Shown: positions 39,543 through 52,066, counted from the first letter of the whole stretch. The stretch: 63,738 nucleotides of DNA, filler included, from Octopus bimaculoides (GCF_001194135.2; 6 parts of 6 records of this genome joined end to end with filler, not necessarily neighbours in it), one strand, 5' to 3'. Translations and numbers: made by a program. The notes: generated from the letters alone by a model not told the origin.

Positions 39543-41074
39543 CATGCATACAAACATACATACATACGTTATATACATATATAATACATACATACATACA
39601 TACATACATACATCATGTCTACTTATGGTAAAAAGGTGTGAAAACACCCGGTTTCTTAAGTGTCGCCATCTATCAGGAATCTCAGACATCGTTGTTTCTA
39701 GTTTTTGACTCTTGTCAATTGGATGTACCTAAGAGAGGCAACTCTAAACAAACATAAAAAGCCATATGTTGAAAAATTTGCAAACAACTCGAAACATTGA
39801 TGTCTGGCATCCCTAAGAGATGACGGCACTGCACCAACCATAAGAGAAATATTTTCTCCACTGTAACTACAGCAATTGGCAGCTGAAATATGTATTTTAA
39901 CTGACCAAAATTTTGAACATATATAGATATAGGGTACAATATATAGATATAGGGTAGAAATTAATAATCTATTAATAATTAGTAATTTTACCAAGTTGTT
40001 CGGTGTGTTAACAAACCATTATCGGAAAAGGTATATAAACATAATTAAAATTATACACGCACACACACTGGGGCCTGAATGTATATAAATGATTTGTGTG
40101 TGAAATGATAATGGATGCAACATTGATGTCATTAAGAACTTGTTGTTATTCGTCTATGATTTTATGTATTAGGCATTTAAATATTCTATGCACTCATGCA
40201 TTTAATTGTGTGATGTGATACGTTTCACACAATCATCGTATTAAATTCTTTTTAGTGATTTTTCACTTTCCGTCAGAAAACACATAAAACATTTTTATTA
40301 CAACTGTACTCTGTAAAATTTTATTCAAATATTTCCTGTCCTGTGATGTTAACGGTCATATTTCCTATGCAGTAAATGCATGTTTATCTCCCACAGATCA
40401 GAACTTCCCGTAACAATAGTTTTAGCAATGTTACAGCGACCGTTTGTAAAATACGCTGCGAAAATTAAATATATTTACTACAGAACATAAATTGTGTACC
40501 ATTCATGAAGGATTTTAACACATTTGTTTAATGGCTGTTTGGAGATAAGCTCTGCGTTACACGAGGCTACTTCATTAATGCTGCCAGATGCTTTTACAAG
40601 AATGATATCTTATAAGAGTTATTTTCTAAACCAATCGGTATTAACCTTGCTGTGAATCGAGAATAACGTTGTAATCTCAGTCAAACGAGAAGGAAATTTT
40701 GTTTCTTAAAATTCTTATACAAGTCAATTGTATTTGGACTACTTGATAAATGTAGCTGTTAAATGCTCGACTTATTATTGAAGACTACGGGCAATTAGTG
40801 TTAACACTATGCTCTTTTGTATCATTAGTACCTCGAACGTATATGGTACACCCCGTGCCGGATGATTTTCAAGATTTAGAATCTATAGAACGGTGACGTT
40901 TCATCACAAGTCCCTTCCGTTCTTGTCACTATCTTGTGGCAGTCCTTCGAACGGAAAAAAAATTGACAAATAATCTGTGCATATATTATCAATAGCATGG
41001 AAAATAATGCTAAGCAATTCAAGTGTCTGAAAAAAATGACTGGAACTGTTCACATATAAATATATATGTGTGTG

Positions 41075-41107
<33 letters not shown>

Positions 41108-41261
41108 TTGTGTGTGTTTGTCTGTGTCTGTGTGTGCATACGTGTGCGTGTGTCTGTGTGTATGTGTATGTGTGTGTGTGTGCATCCATGTGCGCGCATG
41201 TGTGTCTGTGTGTGCGCCCGTATGTGCGTATGCCTGTGTTTGTATATACGTGCATATATAT

Positions 41262-41959
41262 AGGATGCGGTGAATAAATTGTAATCTAAAATACACAAAA
41301 ATGAAACTAACAGTGACATCTTATTTTAACAGATATATTTACCAAAATTACTTTAAAATATCTTGAAATACGAAAGAACAAATTTATTCAATAAATTCGC
41401 CATTGGCTTCAACCACCAACTTTAGACGACTTCGGAATCTCCTGAAACTCTTCTGGACGGTCTCCATTTTTATGTTGGTGAATGCTATCGAATCCTTGCT
41501 TTCAGTATATATTTTGGAGACGCGGCAAGCCAACAGTTGTTTTGTGCGTTCAACATCTGATGCTCGCAGAAATTTTTCTCAGAACGTTTTGGCAAAAGTG
41601 AAAGCATGTTCGGTTGGACAGATGTTTGTGCTTGTTCAAATGCCTCCTCTTTCCTCTTGTTCTTGATGGCTTGGGATAAAAATGGGACCTGTCCATCTTG
41701 TACGAGCAATACCGAATATTTCCATGCACTACCTGCCTGATAAGAAACTGAGACACTCCCATGTCTCTGGCGATGGATGTGATTGACTTGGAGGGATCGT
41801 TGTCAATCATGGCATGGATCTCATCAGCAAATTCAGGAGTTCTTTTCTTATCAGAACGATTACAGTGAGTTTTTCGTACTGCACTACCTCCATAATCACC
41901 ATGAGACTCACCCAACTCTTTCCAAATCGTTTTCGCTTTCCTCAGATTGACACCCAAAC
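41262..41959 (-). mobile_element. maT/DD37D-like transposon, internally deleted and cut by a gap
   Basis: RSDKKRTPEFADEIHAMIDNDPSKSITSIARDMGVSQFLIRQVVH; EKNFCEHQMLNAQNNCWLAASP jumps directly to LKARI..RRFRSRLKLVVEANGEFIE, so most of the catalytic core is missing. Confidence 0.88.
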
Positions 41960-42504
41960 NNNNNNNNNNNNNNNNNNNNNNNNNNNNNNNNNNNNNNNNN
42001 NNNNNNNNNNNNNNNNNNNNNNNNNNNNNNNNNNNNNNNNNNNNNNNNNNNNNNNNNNNNNNNNNNNNNNNNNNNNNNNNNNNNNNNNNNNNNNNNNNNN
42101 NNNNNNNNNNNNNNNNNNNNNNNNNNNNNNNNNNNNNNNNNNNNNNNNNNNNNNNNNNNNNNNNNNNNNNNNNNNNNNNNNNNNNNNNNNNNNNNNNNNN
42201 NNNNNNNNNNNNNNNNNNNNNNNNNNNNNNNNNNNNNNNNNNNNNNNNNNNNNNNNNNNNNNNNNNNNNNNNNNNNNNNNNNNNNNNNNNNNNNNNNNNN
42301 NNNNNNNNNNNNNNNNNNNNNNNNNNNNNNNNNNNNNNNNNNNNNNNNNNNNNNNNNNNNNNNNNNNNNNNNNNNNNNNNNNNNNNNNNNNNNNNNNNNN
42401 NNNNNNNNNNNNNNNNNNNNNNNNNNNNNNNNNNNNNNNNNNNNNNNNNNNNNNNNNNNNNNNNNNNNNNNNNNNNNNTAATTATATATATATATACATA
42501 CAGA

Positions 42505-42610
42505 GTTGAAATTTATAGAAAAACAAAAGACGAAGGCAGGTGCATGAACAACAAGCAGTTATATTAGTTTGATGCTTGGGAAACTGAAAGGGTCATTTAC
42601 GTCTCGAGCT
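42505..42610. repeat. Dispersed repeat, copy 2 (homologue of 26231-26330)
   Basis: gttgaaattt..aaaagacgaaggcaggtg..aacaagcagttatattagtttgatgcttggga; ends in acgtctcgagc, possibly a decayed half-hammerhead on the minus strand. Confidence 0.8.
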
Positions 42611-43789
42611 TACACATATACATTTGTAAATACATACATACACACACACATATATATGTGTTTGTGTGTATGTGCTGTACACATATATTACATATATATA
42701 TATATATATGTATATATAGNNNNNNNNNNNNNNNNNNNNNNNNNNNNNNNNNNNNNNNNNNNNNNNNNNNNNNNNNNNNNNNNNNNNNNNNNNNNNNNNN
42801 NNNNNNNNNNNNNNNNNNNNNNNNNNNNNNNNNNNNNNNNNNNNNNNNNNNNNNNNNNNNNNNNNNNNNNNNNNNNNNNNNNNNNNNNNNNNNNNNNNNN
42901 NNNNNNNNNNNNNNNNNNNNNNNNNNNNNNNNNNNNNNNNNNNNNNNNNNNNNNNNNNNNNNNNNNNNNNNNNNNNNNNNNNNNNNNNNNNNNNNNNNNN
43001 NNNNNNNNNNNNNNNNNNNNNNNNNNNNNNNNNNNNNNNNNNNNNNNNNNNNNNNNNNNNNNNNNNNNNNNNNNNNNNNNNNNNNNNNNNNNNNNNNNNN
43101 NNNNNNNNNNNNNNNNNNNNNNNNNNNNNNNNNNNNNNNNNNNNNNNNNNNNNNNNNNNNNNNNNNNNNNNNNNNNNNNNNNNNNAATTGTACTGGATTT
43201 GAAATTGCTTAAAATTCCTCATAGTTGAAAGTTGCTTAAGCAAAGGCCTGAAATAGATACAAACACAATTATAACGGGGTCACGTGCAATAACCGCGCAC
43301 TTCAGAGGAAAAACTCTTGCGCTGTTCTTATATTCAAAACACGCACACATTCCGTAAATTTATTGACGAAATACATCATATCATTCAATGCACATTAGAG
43401 TAATAAGGCAAGACACTGCATTATCAAATATAAATATACAGGCGAAAACTAAAATTCTCGGCATTTGTGGACATAGAAGTGGATGCACAACATTGCCAAG
43501 ACGAGTGTGGCATCATACACATTACCGCATAAAAAGTTATCGTATTTTACAAACATCACATCATATATGATATATATGAAAATATTTATTGTTTTCAGAC
43601 AAGGTATAGCATTTTATGGACATGTTTTATCAGTAAATTAATAATAGGATATAACAAAGCATATTTAGCGATATCATATATTTAATAAAAGTTCTTGAAT
43701 TAGACAGGCCTGTAGAAAATGACGAATATATTCTGACAAGATAGAGGTATTAAATTTACGCTAATGTAAAAGTCGTGCAAATAACCACA

Positions 43790-44340
43790 TAAGCTTAATG
43801 GGACATAAATCATATACGTAACAGAAAAGCAAGTAAAGAACGCCTTAGAAGATTTTAACGAATTTAAATGCATAATAATAATATACGAGACAGAAATATC
43901 GACATCTTTAAGAAAACAGGATATAAATGATGTAATCGATGAACGAAAGAACGACAATTATTTAATCTGTATCAACCAATAGGAAAGTAGCGAAGAAAAA
44001 GACATGTTCAGATAGTTCATGATAAATTTTAGAAACGTAAAATATAAAGATACAGTTATGCAAAAGAACAAAAAACAAAAACGAAGTAGCGAGAAGGAGA
44101 CTGTTAAATTGGCATCTGCATAACTATATACCAATAAATAATTTCATTAAAGCGAAAAACAGGATCAGTGTTCCAAAATCAATATAAACAACGGCAGCAT
44201 CCAATAAACGATAGAAAAACTACAAAAATTAAAAAAGAAAATAGAAATTTAACAAATAGACAAATCGTCAACTTTAGAAAAACAGGATATAATTGAATTT
44301 ATCGTTAGAGAGATATTGGAAAAGGAGCAAAGCAACTAGT
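43790..44340 (+). pseudogene. Decayed A-rich ORF with coiled-coil-like end, possibly retroelement ORF1
   Basis: IIYVTEKQVKNALEDFNEFKCIIIIYETEISTSLRKQDINDVIDERKNDNYLICINQ* .. TIEKLQKLKKKIEI*QIDKSSTLEKQDIIEFIVREILEKEQSN*; scattered stops; no family motif recognised. Confidence 0.3.
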
Positions 44341-44389
44341 AAAACAGATACGTTATACAAATATACACAGACATATACCTGAATACACT

Positions 44390-44666
44390 CTTTACTACTA
44401 CGTATCTCGCTTTACCCCTCTCGTTCTTCCTCTTCCTCTCGTTCTTCCTCTTCCTCTCGTTCTTCCTCTGTTACTACTACGTATCTCTTTTTCCCCCCTC
44501 GTACTTCCTCTCTTTCTCTTTTCCTCTCGTTGCTCACCTATTCTTCTACTTCCTCCCTTTGTTTCTCCCTCTACCACTCTCTCTCTTCCCCTTACACCGG
44601 CATGGTCACATGCTTCCGGTCAATAATCCTTTTCTTCCTTGGCTATCGCCGATCAAACACGCGTAC
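44390..44666 (+). repeat. CT-rich pLTR-like repeat homologous to 18480-18620, with an 18-bp internal tandem
   Basis: Shared cctctcgttgctcac..ttctacttcctccc..ggtcac.tg..tccgg; internal repeats of cctctcgttcttcctctt. Confidence 0.7.
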
Positions 44667-45033
44667 NNNNNNNNNNNNNNNNNNNNNNNNNNNNNNNNNN
44701 NNNNNNNNNNTTAATTAATTAANNNNNNNNNNNNNNNNNNNNNNNNNNNNNNNNNNNNNNNNNNNNTATATATATATATATATATATATATATGGGGGAG
44801 GTGTATGTGTGTGTCGTTATATATACATATATGTATGTGTGTGCGTGTGTGTGTGTCTGTGTGTGTGTGTACACATGCACGTGGCTATACATTATACATC
44901 ATACGCATTCGAATGTGCTTTTGTTTGAGTGTGTGTATGTATACATATATGTATGTGTGTGCAGTCTGTACGTGCGCACGTGTTCGTATTATAATATAAT
45001 ATAATATTATATTATATCATATTATGTATCCTA

Positions 45034-45225
45034 GGCGACGCGCTGGCGGAATAGTTAACGGACCGGACAAAATGCATAGATGCATTTCGTCCGTATTTAT
45101 CTTCTACGTTCATGTACCTCCGAGATCGACTTTGGCTTTCATCGTTTCATTGTTGATAACATAATGCCAGTTGTGTACTGGAGTCGACTTGTCGTCTCCT
45201 CTCCAATTTAAGATTTTGTGCCTAT
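45034..45225 (+). mobile_element. tRNA-derived SINE, family 3 (diverged)
   Basis: ggcgacgcgctggcggaatagttaacggaccggacaaaatgc..ttcgtc..gagatcgactttggctttcatc..ccagtt..actggagtcga; recognised as a common octopus SINE from memory. Confidence 0.7.
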
Positions 45226-45236
45226 AGGAGTGAGTA

Positions 45237-45295
<59 letters not shown>

Positions 45296-45400
45296 CGTGT
45301 TTGTGTGTGTGTGTGTATGTGTGTTTAATGTATATAAACACACACATATATATATATAAATAAATAAGTATATGTGTGTGTATATATATATGTCTATCTA

Positions 45401-45575
45401 CTCCTCGTTTCGAAATGTGGAGTAAATAGTCAGCCGACATCTCATGAAGGGTCGTTCTCTGTGCTTACTTGTTCTGTTTTCTATATTTTTTCTAAGGATG
45501 TTTGCATATTTAAATCTTTTTTTTTTTATTTTTACGTGTTTCATGTTTACACAGTTGGTGGAACCCAGTACGCAT
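45401..45575 (+). repeat. Dispersed pLTR-like repeat carrying a decayed permuted hammerhead-like motif
   Basis: tcgaaatgtggagtaaatagtcagccgacatctcatgaagggtcgttctctgtgcttacttgt aligns without gaps to 55343 onward. Confidence 0.75.
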
Positions 45576-45593
45576 AGGTAAAAAAAAAGCTAC

Positions 45594-46540
45594 AGACTTA
45601 TCTCTCTGACCTCGCACATCAGCAAGGTCATGGATCGAATAGTCAGAAAAAAGCTAGTCACCTTCCTTGAAGAAAATGACATACTGACTGACATCCAACA
45701 TAGTTTCCAACTAGGAAGAAGCTGCCTGGCTCAGCTCTTACAACACTATGAATGGGTGCTGAAACAGCTTCACAACCACTCAAATGTGGAAGTGATATAT
45801 CTCAACTTTACAAAGGCCTTTGATAAAGTCGATCATGGAATGATATATCACAAACTGCGTGATCTCGGCATAGTCGGAAAATTGGGATAATGGCTTCATG
45901 ATTTTCTGAAGGATAGAAGTCAGTTGGTAGTAGCTAATGGGTCCACCTCCAGTGACACGCAAATAGTAAGCAGTGTTCCGCAAGGCACTGTTTTGGGACC
46001 ACTACTATTCATAATGGTCCTCTCAGACATGCTCTCAGCCACACAGAGAGCCACGATCACAAGTTATGCAGATGATACAAAAGTCTCACAGGTAATACAG
46101 AACCCTGAAGACACTATGCACCTGCAATGTGAGCTGGATGAAATATACAAGTGGGCGGAAAAGAATAGTATGCAGTTTAATGGTGAAAGGTTTCCAGCCT
46201 AGTGCTATCACCATGCAAAACTAAATGCAATACCAATTAAAAACTCTGAATCTGGAGGGATAGCAATCCCCAAGGCACAGTCGGTGCGAGATCATGCGTA
46301 ATGACGCATTCTTCCATGTGCATGATGCTAAATTGGCAATGAAATGTAGGCGGCTGAGAGGATAGATTCAACTTTAGAACAAGAAATCAGGAAACCATGA
46401 TTGTCTTATGGTGGACACTTGTCCTAAGCCACTTTGACTATTGCTCTCAGCTATGGTGACCAACCAATGTCAAATTAATATCAGAACTTGAGGCATTCCA
46501 ACGAAGCTACACGAAGAAGATAGCCTCTATGCAGTGAGAA
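45594..46540 (+). mobile_element. CR1-group LINE reverse transcriptase fragment
   Basis: RLISLTSHISKVMDRIV..QHSFQLGRSCLAQLL..YLNFTKAFDKVDHG..LG*WLHDFLKDRSQ..SSVPQGTVLGPLLF..SYADDTK..WAEKNSMQFNGE; one in-frame stop in the core, more decay 3'. Confidence 0.95.
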
Positions 46541-46850
46541 CAAAACAAACAGCTTTCACCATTTGTTTTTACTGTATTGTTTTCACCGTCCTGTTTTTAT
46601 TACCACTTTCACCCTCCGCAAAAAATCCCAAACTTCATTTAACTTGCTTTGGGTCTTGTCCCTACCTTCGAAACGCGGAGTAGATCAAACAGAGGGCAGC
46701 TGATGAAGTGAATGTTCTTTATGTTACCTGTCTCGTTCCTCTGTTTTTTTTCGTTGTTCGAAAAAATGTTCGTTTTCTGTTTTTTTTTTGTTTGGTATTA
46801 TGTTCTCGTTTCTCGTTTTGTCTACTTTTTTTATGTCCTGTACCCATATA
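46540..46850 (+). repeat. pLTR-like repeat with a GAAA..CTGATGA motif pair
   Basis: ccttcGAAAcgcggagtagatcaaacagagggcagCTGATGAagtgaatgttc resembles the minus strand of 18100-18160. Confidence 0.55.
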
Positions 46851-47389
46851 TGCATGTATATATATGTATATATATGTACTGATATTTATTGATTTATACC
46901 TTCAGAGTTGCCTTGATTAAGCCAAAAATTCGTTGAAACAAGAACTACTTTATTCTTATTTTAGTTATAAATAAAACGCGTCCCCTATATTTCATATGCC
47001 GCCATAGAAGTTAAAGAATTGGTAACGTTGGCTTCCTGTGTAGTGAATCTGAGAGGTATTTTTGCATTGTTTTTTATATGCTTTGAAAGTGAATTAATTG
47101 GTTCGTATGTGACCAATATAAAATACAGTAACCAACGCCCAAAGTCAAAGTTATTCCGGCTATAACCAACCCGTCTCTTCCGATTATCCCCGAGTAATAC
47201 ATTACTCGATGTTTGCTTCCGATTTTTTCAGAAAAATAGACTTGCGTTTTGAAGATATCTAATTCCTATTTCTAACACTGTATGAATTATATAGACGCAT
47301 CATTATTGATTAGTGTGTGGTTGTGTATGTGTGTTTGCGTGTGTGTTTGTATGTGTGTATTTCTTATATATATATACACGCACACACAC

Positions 47390-47505
47390 ATGACAGGCTT
47401 ACACTTTAATTTCGTTTATCAAATTAACTTACCAGGCATTCGTCGGGTGGTCGGTTAGGAGCTATATTAAAAGACCTTTACCTAAGATACCGTGTAGTGG
47501 CCCGT
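47390..47505 (-). mobile_element. Highly diverged family-1 SINE relic
   Basis: gacaggctt..tttcgtttatcaaatt..aggcattcgtcggg..gagctatattaaaagac..cctaagataccgtgtagtgg. Confidence 0.5.
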
Positions 47506-48413
47506 CGAAAATGTGTTACAACTATAACCCATTGGGACACGTTTGTAGAATTACCCGAAAGCTTATCGTTGCAAAGCCACGTCTTTAGCAACACATTCAT
47601 GTCTATGACTAGCAAAGGTTTGTGCCTTCTCGTTTGTTTTGCCTCCTTTTGTGAATTTGGATATCAAATTGTATATTCCTATATATTTAATTACCTTGTC
47701 CAAACTGCCATTGGTGTTATGTTCAAACATTTCAAGACAACGAAAATTCTCAGCAACATGTTAAATATATGATATTAAATTATATAAACGCTAACTTGAG
47801 ATAAACTATACAAACTTCGCTCTGGCGAATTGCAAACCAATATTTCCGTCACTTAACACCCTTACCGCGTTACCGATTCTACTACCGATCGGTACCTGTT
47901 GTTATTCCTCCAATTAGATTCTTTTAATTAGATAAATTGTTTCTGCTATTTTAAGTATTGTATTTTATCTCCCTTAGAGAGAATATTAGTCTATTAGCGT
48001 TAACGTTACCGGCTATTCTACTTACGTATAAGTAATTACCCATGCTGGAAAATACTAGAAGACAAAATTACATTGGCAATTATTTATTCAAGAGAGTGAT
48101 ATTACTTATTCACTTCTGCGTTTTATTCAATTAGATGTTACACTACTGCACTATAATTCTGCGATAGTTCTTCCGACGTTTAAGTTATCTTAAATATAGG
48201 TTGGTATTTCCTTAAGTAATTTTGATATTCACGTTTTAATCATATACTTTTTAATCACCAGTACAGAGTGACTTCTCTTCAACCCTTCTATGATGTGTTT
48301 TCTCTTAGGTTATTGAAATAGAAATGTATTGAACATGTTTCCTATGTATGTAAGCAAAATACTTTTCAAACCAGGCATCGTGTGAAGTATGTGAACCGGC
48401 AGATGCAATTTAC

Positions 48414-48531
48414 GTTGCATTTTTGTTAGGCTTGTCATTAGCGAGCGCATTAGCAGTATATTTAAGCTTGCGGTCTCCAAACAGAATTTCTCTCTTATTC
48501 GCTTCCATTGCTATGATTTGCCAATGTGTCT
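48414..48531 (-). CDS. Candidate 118-nt exon (THWQIIAMEANKREILFGDRKLKYTANALANDKPNKNA)
   Basis: Long minus-strand pyrimidine tract before caaag|, donor aac|gtaaat, open frame. A competing hydrophobic plus-strand frame spans 48375-48566. Confidence 0.25.
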
Positions 48532-49197
48532 CTTTGATGCCAGTAAAAGCAAACACAAAAGAATAAGAAAAAAAAATAGGATCGATGCAATTTCATCTTG
48601 CTATAACGATATCCTCAATATTTACTTACAGAAGGAAATACTTCGGGGCAAGTGTCTTTATACTAACAGATCATAATACATTCCCTGAGAGATCATAATA
48701 CATTCCCGAACAGGAATTTGAATAAGAATCTAGGTACGAATGTGGAATGTTTGCCCTGGAAGAGCAAACTCTTTTATGGGTTTGATTGCACAACAGATGA
48801 TCGTTATTCGGTATGCCTGATATGTGAGAGATTCACTTATTGTTTTCTGAGGACCTGTATTAGACCAAACTGAAAGCATATCCATTTGGCACATATATTT
48901 AAATTATTATTAAATAATGGGTCGGAAATCCCGTTTGGATTTACATTGACGTAATTTATAATTAATTAAAATATGAAAATTGAGGAATATATCGAATATA
49001 CACTAAAACAAGCTTATACATCGCTTACATACAATAACGATTTGACTTAACCCCGCATTACTTAGGGATTCGTGGGCGTGGAACACGTCCAAATCTCCAG
49101 ATATTAGAAGTCAGAGTGAAACTGTTATTAAAAACATGCAATTCTAGACAAAAATGTTGGGTACTACTGTACTAATAACTTTTTTATGATTACATTC

Positions 49198-49253
<56 letters not shown>

Positions 49254-49254
49254 G

Positions 49255-50935
49255 CAATATCTCACAGAAGTATTTACATCCCTTAAAAATTCCAGTAAAA
49301 TTGCCATAACTGTGATAATATCGAAGAAAATAAAACGAAATTTGTACTGAATAAAATATATTAGGAGTGCAAACATTATACACATTTAGAAACACAAAAC
49401 AATAAATATTTTCAATGATTTGAACGGAATATTAATTTTCAATGATTTGAACGGAATATTAATTTTCAAATGATACATGAATATGTATACCCTAAAACTA
49501 TTATTCCCAATATCCAATATCTGGCGTGGCCGCCTTTGCTTTCAATGTATGCTTTAAGTAATCGAGGGATAGAGTCGACTAAATTGCCGCATGTAACCGA
49601 TGAAATCGACACCCATTCGTCCTGAATGATGGCTTTCAACTCTATTCCATTGCAGTTTTTCTCTCCACAATCTTCCTTTTCAAAACACCCCAAAGATGTT
49701 CAACTCGGTTCGTATCAGGAGGCATAGTAAGCCAAGGCAATACCGTTAACTTTTTACCCGATAAAAACTTAGTCATCGTCTTTGAGCTGTGTTTAGGGTC
49801 ATTAAATGTCTTTTTGGAACATAAAATGTCTTTTTAGTTCCTTGATGCTGTTCAACATTGTTTTCTCCAACATGTCACAATAGAGCCTTCAATCCATTGT
49901 TCTCTCAATAACTGTGAGTCCTCCCACACCAGCTGCACCCATGCATTACCAGAGTGTAACAATTCCGCCGCCGTGTTTCACGGTACGCACGGTGCACGTG
50001 TCGGTATTATCTTCACCTGGTCATCGCCATACGTGTTTAATACTATTGAGACACAAACAAGTTGATTTTAGTCTCGTCAGAAAAAATGTATTTTATTCCA
50101 AAGCTTCTTCCCCTTACTCACTTAGGTTTCGGGAAAAAAAGACTTGATTTATACCTGGTATTAACGAAAGGTACCCTATGAGGAATGCGTCCATGAAAAC
50201 CAAACTGGTTCAAACTTTGGGGAAGTGTTTGGACGCATACACTCTTTCCATTAACTGAAGACACATCTTGAGCTATAGCTGAAGCGGTACGACGCCTGTC
50301 GTTCATCACACAATGTTAGATGTGACGCATATCACGCGCAGTTAAAATAGAAGGACGACCTGGATGATGTTTATTGCTTAGAAGTCCAGTAGCTTTGAAC
50401 TTCTCAATTACTTTGGCAATTGTATTTATGCTAACATGTATTCGTTTGCTAATTAACATGTATCCTAAACCATTCTTGTGCAAATTAAAAAACATTTTCT
50501 TCATATTTTCAGACAATTCTTTTCCTTTTGGTGCCATTTTAATCACAATGAAGATTCTCACTACGGTACAACGGTACACGAATCAGAATTCCTGCAGATG
50601 CAAGAACAATGACTGGTGCAAAAGTGCCAAGAGAAATAATTTATTATAACGGAAATTATCAGCAAAATCTGAATTTAGTGAAAGAATTTGGATAAAATAT
50701 TAAATATAGCAAACTTCCTTCAGGGTGTACACATTTTTGTAACGTTTGGAAATTAATTTTTCGTTCATATCTTTGAAAATGTTTATTGTCTTGTATTCCA
50801 AATTTGTATACTGTTTGCATTTATAATATATTTTATTCAGTATAAATTTCGTTTAATATCATTCCATCTTATCAGAGTAATGGCAATTATACACAAATTA
50901 TTTTTAAGGGGTGTACATACTTCTGTGAAATACTG
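49255..50935 (-). mobile_element. Tc1-like transposon, 1.68 kb, with about 190-bp TIRs and a decayed transposase (ATG 50537 to about 49512)
   Basis: TIRs caatatctcacagaagtatttacatccctt.. and ..aaggggtgtacatacttctgtgaaatactg followed by TA; MAPKGKELS..HPGRPSILTARD; TVKHGGG; FQKD..PKH; PPDTNRVEHLWGVLKRK; KGGHARY. Contains a 27-bp tandem duplication at 49408-49469. Confidence 0.95.
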
Positions 50936-51491
50936 TATATATCGTCGGTAAGACATAAATCCGAAAAAGAAGCAGCTTCTAAGTTATAGAGCAGTATATA
51001 ATATAAATAATAATAAAGTTTTAAAAGGCGAGTTTATGGGGTTAGCCTGGGTTTCACGTCCATAAAGTGCTTAGTTTTACAACCTATCAACAGATCCCAA
51101 AACCTGTTGACTTAGTGCCTCTCTAGCGAGTGGCCTCTCAAGAATGTGAAGGAGGAAAAGACATCGCTACTTAATGTCAACAACGGGGAATTGTTCCCTT
51201 AGGCTATCGATCGAAAGTAACCCTCTTATCTATGTTTGTATGTATGTATGTATGTATGTATGTATCTATCTATCTACCTACCTATATATATATATGCATA
51301 CGCATGTGCGTGTACGTACATTTCTATATGTATACATTATATATATTCTATAGATATAAATATGAGAACGATAATATTTCTAAAAAATAATATCGTTGGT
51401 GGCCGCGAGTACAAGCCGTAAAAATTAATAATAATAGTAATAATGATAACAATAATGATAATAATATATATATATATATATATATAAGAAG

Positions 51492-51533
51492 AACTGTTTC
51501 TCAGAGTTTCACGTTCCCGTTCGTCGGACAGTT
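51492..51533 (-). ncRNA. Near-intact minimal type-I hammerhead motif
   Basis: Minus strand: AACTGT CCGACGA ACG-GGAA-CGT GAAA CTC-T-GAG AA ACAGTT. Perfect 6-bp stem I, GNRA-capped stem II; two core changes (U4C, U16.1A). Confidence 0.7.
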
Positions 51534-51733
51534 TTGTTTAGAATCTTATTACTCTACCTGTGGTAGTCGAGTACTATTTTTCCATCTTTATCGCATTTAT
51601 GTGCTTATATATACACACGATGATCCAAAAGTCACAATACATAGGAAAAATTTATTTTTTATAAGAAACAGTTAAATAAAAAAAATGTTTCCTATAAAAT
51701 ATAAATTGTTTTTATGTACGGTGACTGTTGAAT

Positions 51734-51773
<40 letters not shown>

Positions 51774-51873
51774 NNNNNNNNNNNNNNNNNNNNNNNNNNN
51801 NNNNNNNNNNNNNNNNNTTAATTAATTAANNNNNNNNNNNNNNNNNNNNNNNNNNNNNNNNNNNNNNNNNNNN

Positions 51874-51936
<63 letters not shown>

Positions 51937-52033
51937 ATATACACACATAGAAGTGTACATGTATGTACATTTATGTACATATAAATAAAATGCACATATA
52001 TATGTATACACACACACACACACACATATATAT

Positions 52034-52066
<33 letters not shown>

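Noticed and set aside
39698-39994. Two overlapping minus-strand ORFs, one faintly resembling a DEG/ENaC N-terminus (LFANFSTYG)
   Set aside because: The conserved HG motif is absent; no consistent splice sites or other support.
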